Assembly: GCA_950097015.1 (NCBI GenBank)
Contig: CATNEN010000001.1
Span: forward strand, 20,956,001-21,020,000
Direction of reading: 5' to 3'
DNA: 64,000 nucleotides
Source of the DNA: Macrostomum hystrix
Taxonomy: Eukaryota; Animalia; Platyhelminthes
Positions 61,025 through 64,000 of the stretch are shown here, piece after piece (the first letter of the stretch is position 1; each line of letters opens with the position of its first letter). Below the pieces are notes generated by a model that did not search any database, was not told the origin of the DNA, and saw nothing but the letters and a program-made list of their open reading frames with translations. The position numbers and the translations under genes were made by a program.

Positions 61025-62096
61025 AAGTAAGTGACAACAGTGAGGCGAGTCACGCCCGCCCGGTGTATGTAGCTACGGCTATATGTCAGGTGTTTCTTTT
61101 TAGTGTCATTATCCAGCTACGCGGGGTAGAAATTTTTATCTTTTGTAGCCCCATGCGCCTATGATCTTTTTAGTTACATCTGTTTCGCGTTGTTATTTAG
61201 TTTGTTTTTGTGCTAGTTTGGTGTGTTCCTTTCTTTTGTTTGTTTTAGTGCGAATTGTGCATGATTATTCTGTTTTTACGGTGTGAATTTTCTGGGTGCG
61301 CCAATGTCATGGTTTACGTAGTTTTCTTTTGTTTAAGTTTGGTGCGCCAGTATAGAAGACGGAAATAAAAAGGAAAAGTTGCTTACCTGTTTTTGGTTTA
61401 AGTGCGGCTGACGGCCAGCCGGTGTTGACCGTCATCCTTTAGCTGGAGGAGAATGATGTGCTGTAGACTGCTGAGCAGCCTCCAGGCAATCTGTGAGTCA
61501 GGCTGTTCTAGGTCTGTGGGAGGGCTAGGGTTGGTAGTTAGTGTTTCCCGTGCACTGTCACTTCCACTCGCCACCCCCCCCTCCGCTCTCGTTCTCTCGT
61601 TCCAGCTCTGTCTGCGCACTGAGTCACATTGCACACCATGGTGCAATCGCTTAAGTTCGGAAGAAGACTGGCAGAACAACGCTCAAATGCTCCTACTATA
61701 AGTAGAGCACAGTCCGACGAATCCTTGAGATGGTGTTGTTATCATGGTACCACTATTTCTTTATATTGAGAGCACGTTTCTGTCTTCTTTTCTTCTTGCT
61801 TTTTGAGCCTTCGGGATCTCAAACATCTGCTAACTTATTGAGAGGTTGGATCGTGTATTGCATTTAGAAGCAAGGTACGCCGTCCAATTTCAGAGCAGAG
61901 TGCTAAGTTTCGGGAATCATAGATTGATTCAAATAGACTCCGAGGAAACAAGGTAATCTAGCCTGACTACCGGATTGCTCCACTGCTACGAAGCATTCAG
62001 TGTTGAGGCCGGTAAAATCTCCTCTCTGAGTCCAGTGTCCTGTCTTGGTCATTTTTACCAATTGTGTGTGCCACGCTACCACAGGTACAACAGTAT

Positions 62097-62706
62097 CAAG
62101 GTCAACCCAAGCAAAAGTAAGGCCATCGCTTTCATCCACAAAACCAAAAACTTCGGTCAGCCCCCTCCCATCACCTTCAACGGCACCATCATCAACTATC
62201 ATCCCAGCGTCAAGTTCCTCGGAGTCACGCTGGACACTCAACTCATCTTCTCAGGACACTGCTTCAACATCCTAAGGACCTGCGACGCCCGCGTTCTGCA
62301 ACTTCTTCGAGTTGCTCAGCTCACCAAGGCCACCACCAGCTCACTCATCGCCATCTACAGAGCCTACATCGAAAGCATCATCACCTATGCCTCACCCATC
62401 CTCACCCTGCTTAGCAATCACTACGTGGGTAGACTGCAAATCATCCAGAATCGCGCACTGCGTCTCTGCCACGATGCACCCAAATATTGCAAAAATACTC
62501 TACTAAGAAAGCTCTCTAAAGTTGAACCAATTAGGACCAGAATTAATGACCTAGCCAGTAGGTGGTTCCTGCGAGCTAGCGCTAACAAAATTCATGGACT
62601 TGATAGCGTACCAGACATCTACCTAGCAAAAAGGACCAGAGTACCTCTGTTCCAACAACTAAAGTTAATCAGTGGTGAACTAGAAAAACAGAGAGGAAAC
62701 TCTTAA
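62097..62706 (+). CDS. LINE ORF2 C-terminus
   Basis: KYGI|KVNPSKSK is restored across the TSD; KFLGVTLD; LQIIQNRALR. Confidence 0.9.
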
Positions 62707-63163
62707 AAGCCCAGATGGTTCGCGAAAAATTAACTAAAGTCCAATGTAATGAACTAATGTAAAATGCATTACGTACTTCACTTACTTTGCTTACTTTGCT
62801 TACTTTGCTCACTTTGCCTAACTAATCACATGCAACTAGTAATTAATATTGACGGGGTTGACAATGAAACCAAAAGTAATAGAACAAAAAGCTGTGTCCC
62901 AGTTCTAGACAAATCTACCACACAAGTATGTCATGGTAATCTTGACTGTCATCATCAAACCGAGACGTGGGACGTTCCCTGCAGTTAGAATAATCTACCA
63001 CAGGTTACCAGTGAACCACAAACACTGGGCCAGTGAATACAAATTAATGTATATCGGCTTAACTTCGTCTCAGTGGTCATAGATGCCAATTAGTTATGCT
63101 AGTATTGGTTTTGACAATCAATATGAGAAAATGGACAATCAAAATAAAGACAGCCATAGATCT

Positions 63164-64000
63164 GCATGCAGCAGCTCAGCTCAGCTTCGCAGCAGCTGCG
63201 GCTTAGGCCATAGACTTTTGACGATCGAAATGAGAATTGGACAATCAAAATGGCAACGCTTGGTTAGTGTAGCGAGGCAGCACCATGAAGGAAAGAATAG
63301 AATGGACTTCACTTTTCACTTTTAATGCCAGTGGAAACCGCACGTAAGGCTTCGAGCAAAAGATTCATTCTGCCAGCCATCTCTACAGTTTGCTGGTGAT
63401 GGCACCACCTGTGAGTCCAGTTGACCGACGTCGGCTCATCGAGGCAATGAATCGAGGCACACCGGTCAAGGACGCAGCAATAATCCTTCAGCTGTCAAGT
63501 TCAACTGCTCATCGCATTGTGAGGCTGTACAGGAATGAGGGAAGGATGGACGTTATGCCTCGTGGAGGCCGAAAAGAAGCAAGGTGCAAGCACCTTGCAC
63601 CTTGCAAGGTGGATGAGGAGATTCGTGAATTTCTGGAAGCAGAGGTGAACCGCAACCCGTTCCTCACCCTGAGCGAGATGGCACAGCGGGTCAACAACCA
63701 TTTTCCCGACAAACTGGACATCTCGTACAGAACTGTGGACAGAATTCTACAGGGACTGCTGTGTTTCCATCTTTTTCCTGACTGTTAGAGGCTGTGTTGC
63801 CATTTCTGTTCTTGATTTCTCGTTTCTATTGTTAAATTTAAACTTTTTTTTAATTTATACATTTTAATGTTAAATTTTCGTTCAAATAAACGTGCATACT
63901 GCTCCCGTTGCCATTTTGATTGTCCAATTCTCATTTCGATCGTCAAAAGTCTGTGGCCTAAGCCGCAGCTGCTGCGAAGCTGTGCTGAGCTGCTGCATGC
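63164..64000 (+). mobile_element. Tc1/mariner-like deletion derivative; ORF 63390-63788 encodes only HTH domains
   Basis: 95-bp inverted repeat at 63164-63258 and 63906-64000 (runs off the window); paired-like HTH, PRGGR, and a second HTH (NPFLTLSEM); no DDE domain. Confidence 0.8.

Larger units (their letters stand above)
52992..62092 (+). mobile_element. Full-length young Gypsy/Ty3 LTR retrotransposon (9.1 kb)
   Basis: LTRs at 52992-53629 and 61454-62092 (only one substitution and one C indel seen); TSD GTAT (52988-52991, 62093-62096); PPT at 61441-61453; domain order PR-RT-RH-IN. Confidence 0.97.
47174..62706 (+). mobile_element. Near full-length Jockey/I-group-like LINE, interrupted by the Gypsy element
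   Basis: Long putative 5' UTR; ORF1 with three CCHC knuckles; ORF2 with APE and RT and no RNase H seen. Outer boundaries are approximate. Confidence 0.82.

Overview
This is eukaryotic DNA, probably from an invertebrate metazoan given the 18S fragment and GT-AG introns. It is almost entirely nested transposable elements, and I recognised no intact host gene. 1-27200: a DIRS-type retroelement (minus strand) is interrupted by a Gypsy-type element. That element is itself hit by two ~12-kb CMC/EnSpm (CACTA-like) DNA transposons (76-12200 and 12808-24461; CCCGCCTGGA termini, 2-bp TSDs). Element 1 encodes a spliced, apparently intact DDE transposase, a BEN-domain protein and a small ORF resembling the CtIP/Sae2/Ctp1 C-terminal domain. 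27200-42700: SINEs, a minisatellite, two 2.3-kb solo LTRs and a decayed Jockey-like LINE. 42700-45100: a tail-to-head junction of R2-A-like elements joined through permuted 18S rRNA sequence. 47174-62706: a Jockey-like LINE whose ORF1 carries an internally deleted AlkB-family (ALKBH2/3-like) dioxygenase domain, interrupted by a young full-length Gypsy element (52992-62092). That Gypsy has a 78-bp periodic repeat in pol and an extra ORF. The window ends in a Tc1/mariner-like deletion derivative. All homology calls come from motif recognition by eye; no database search was run.
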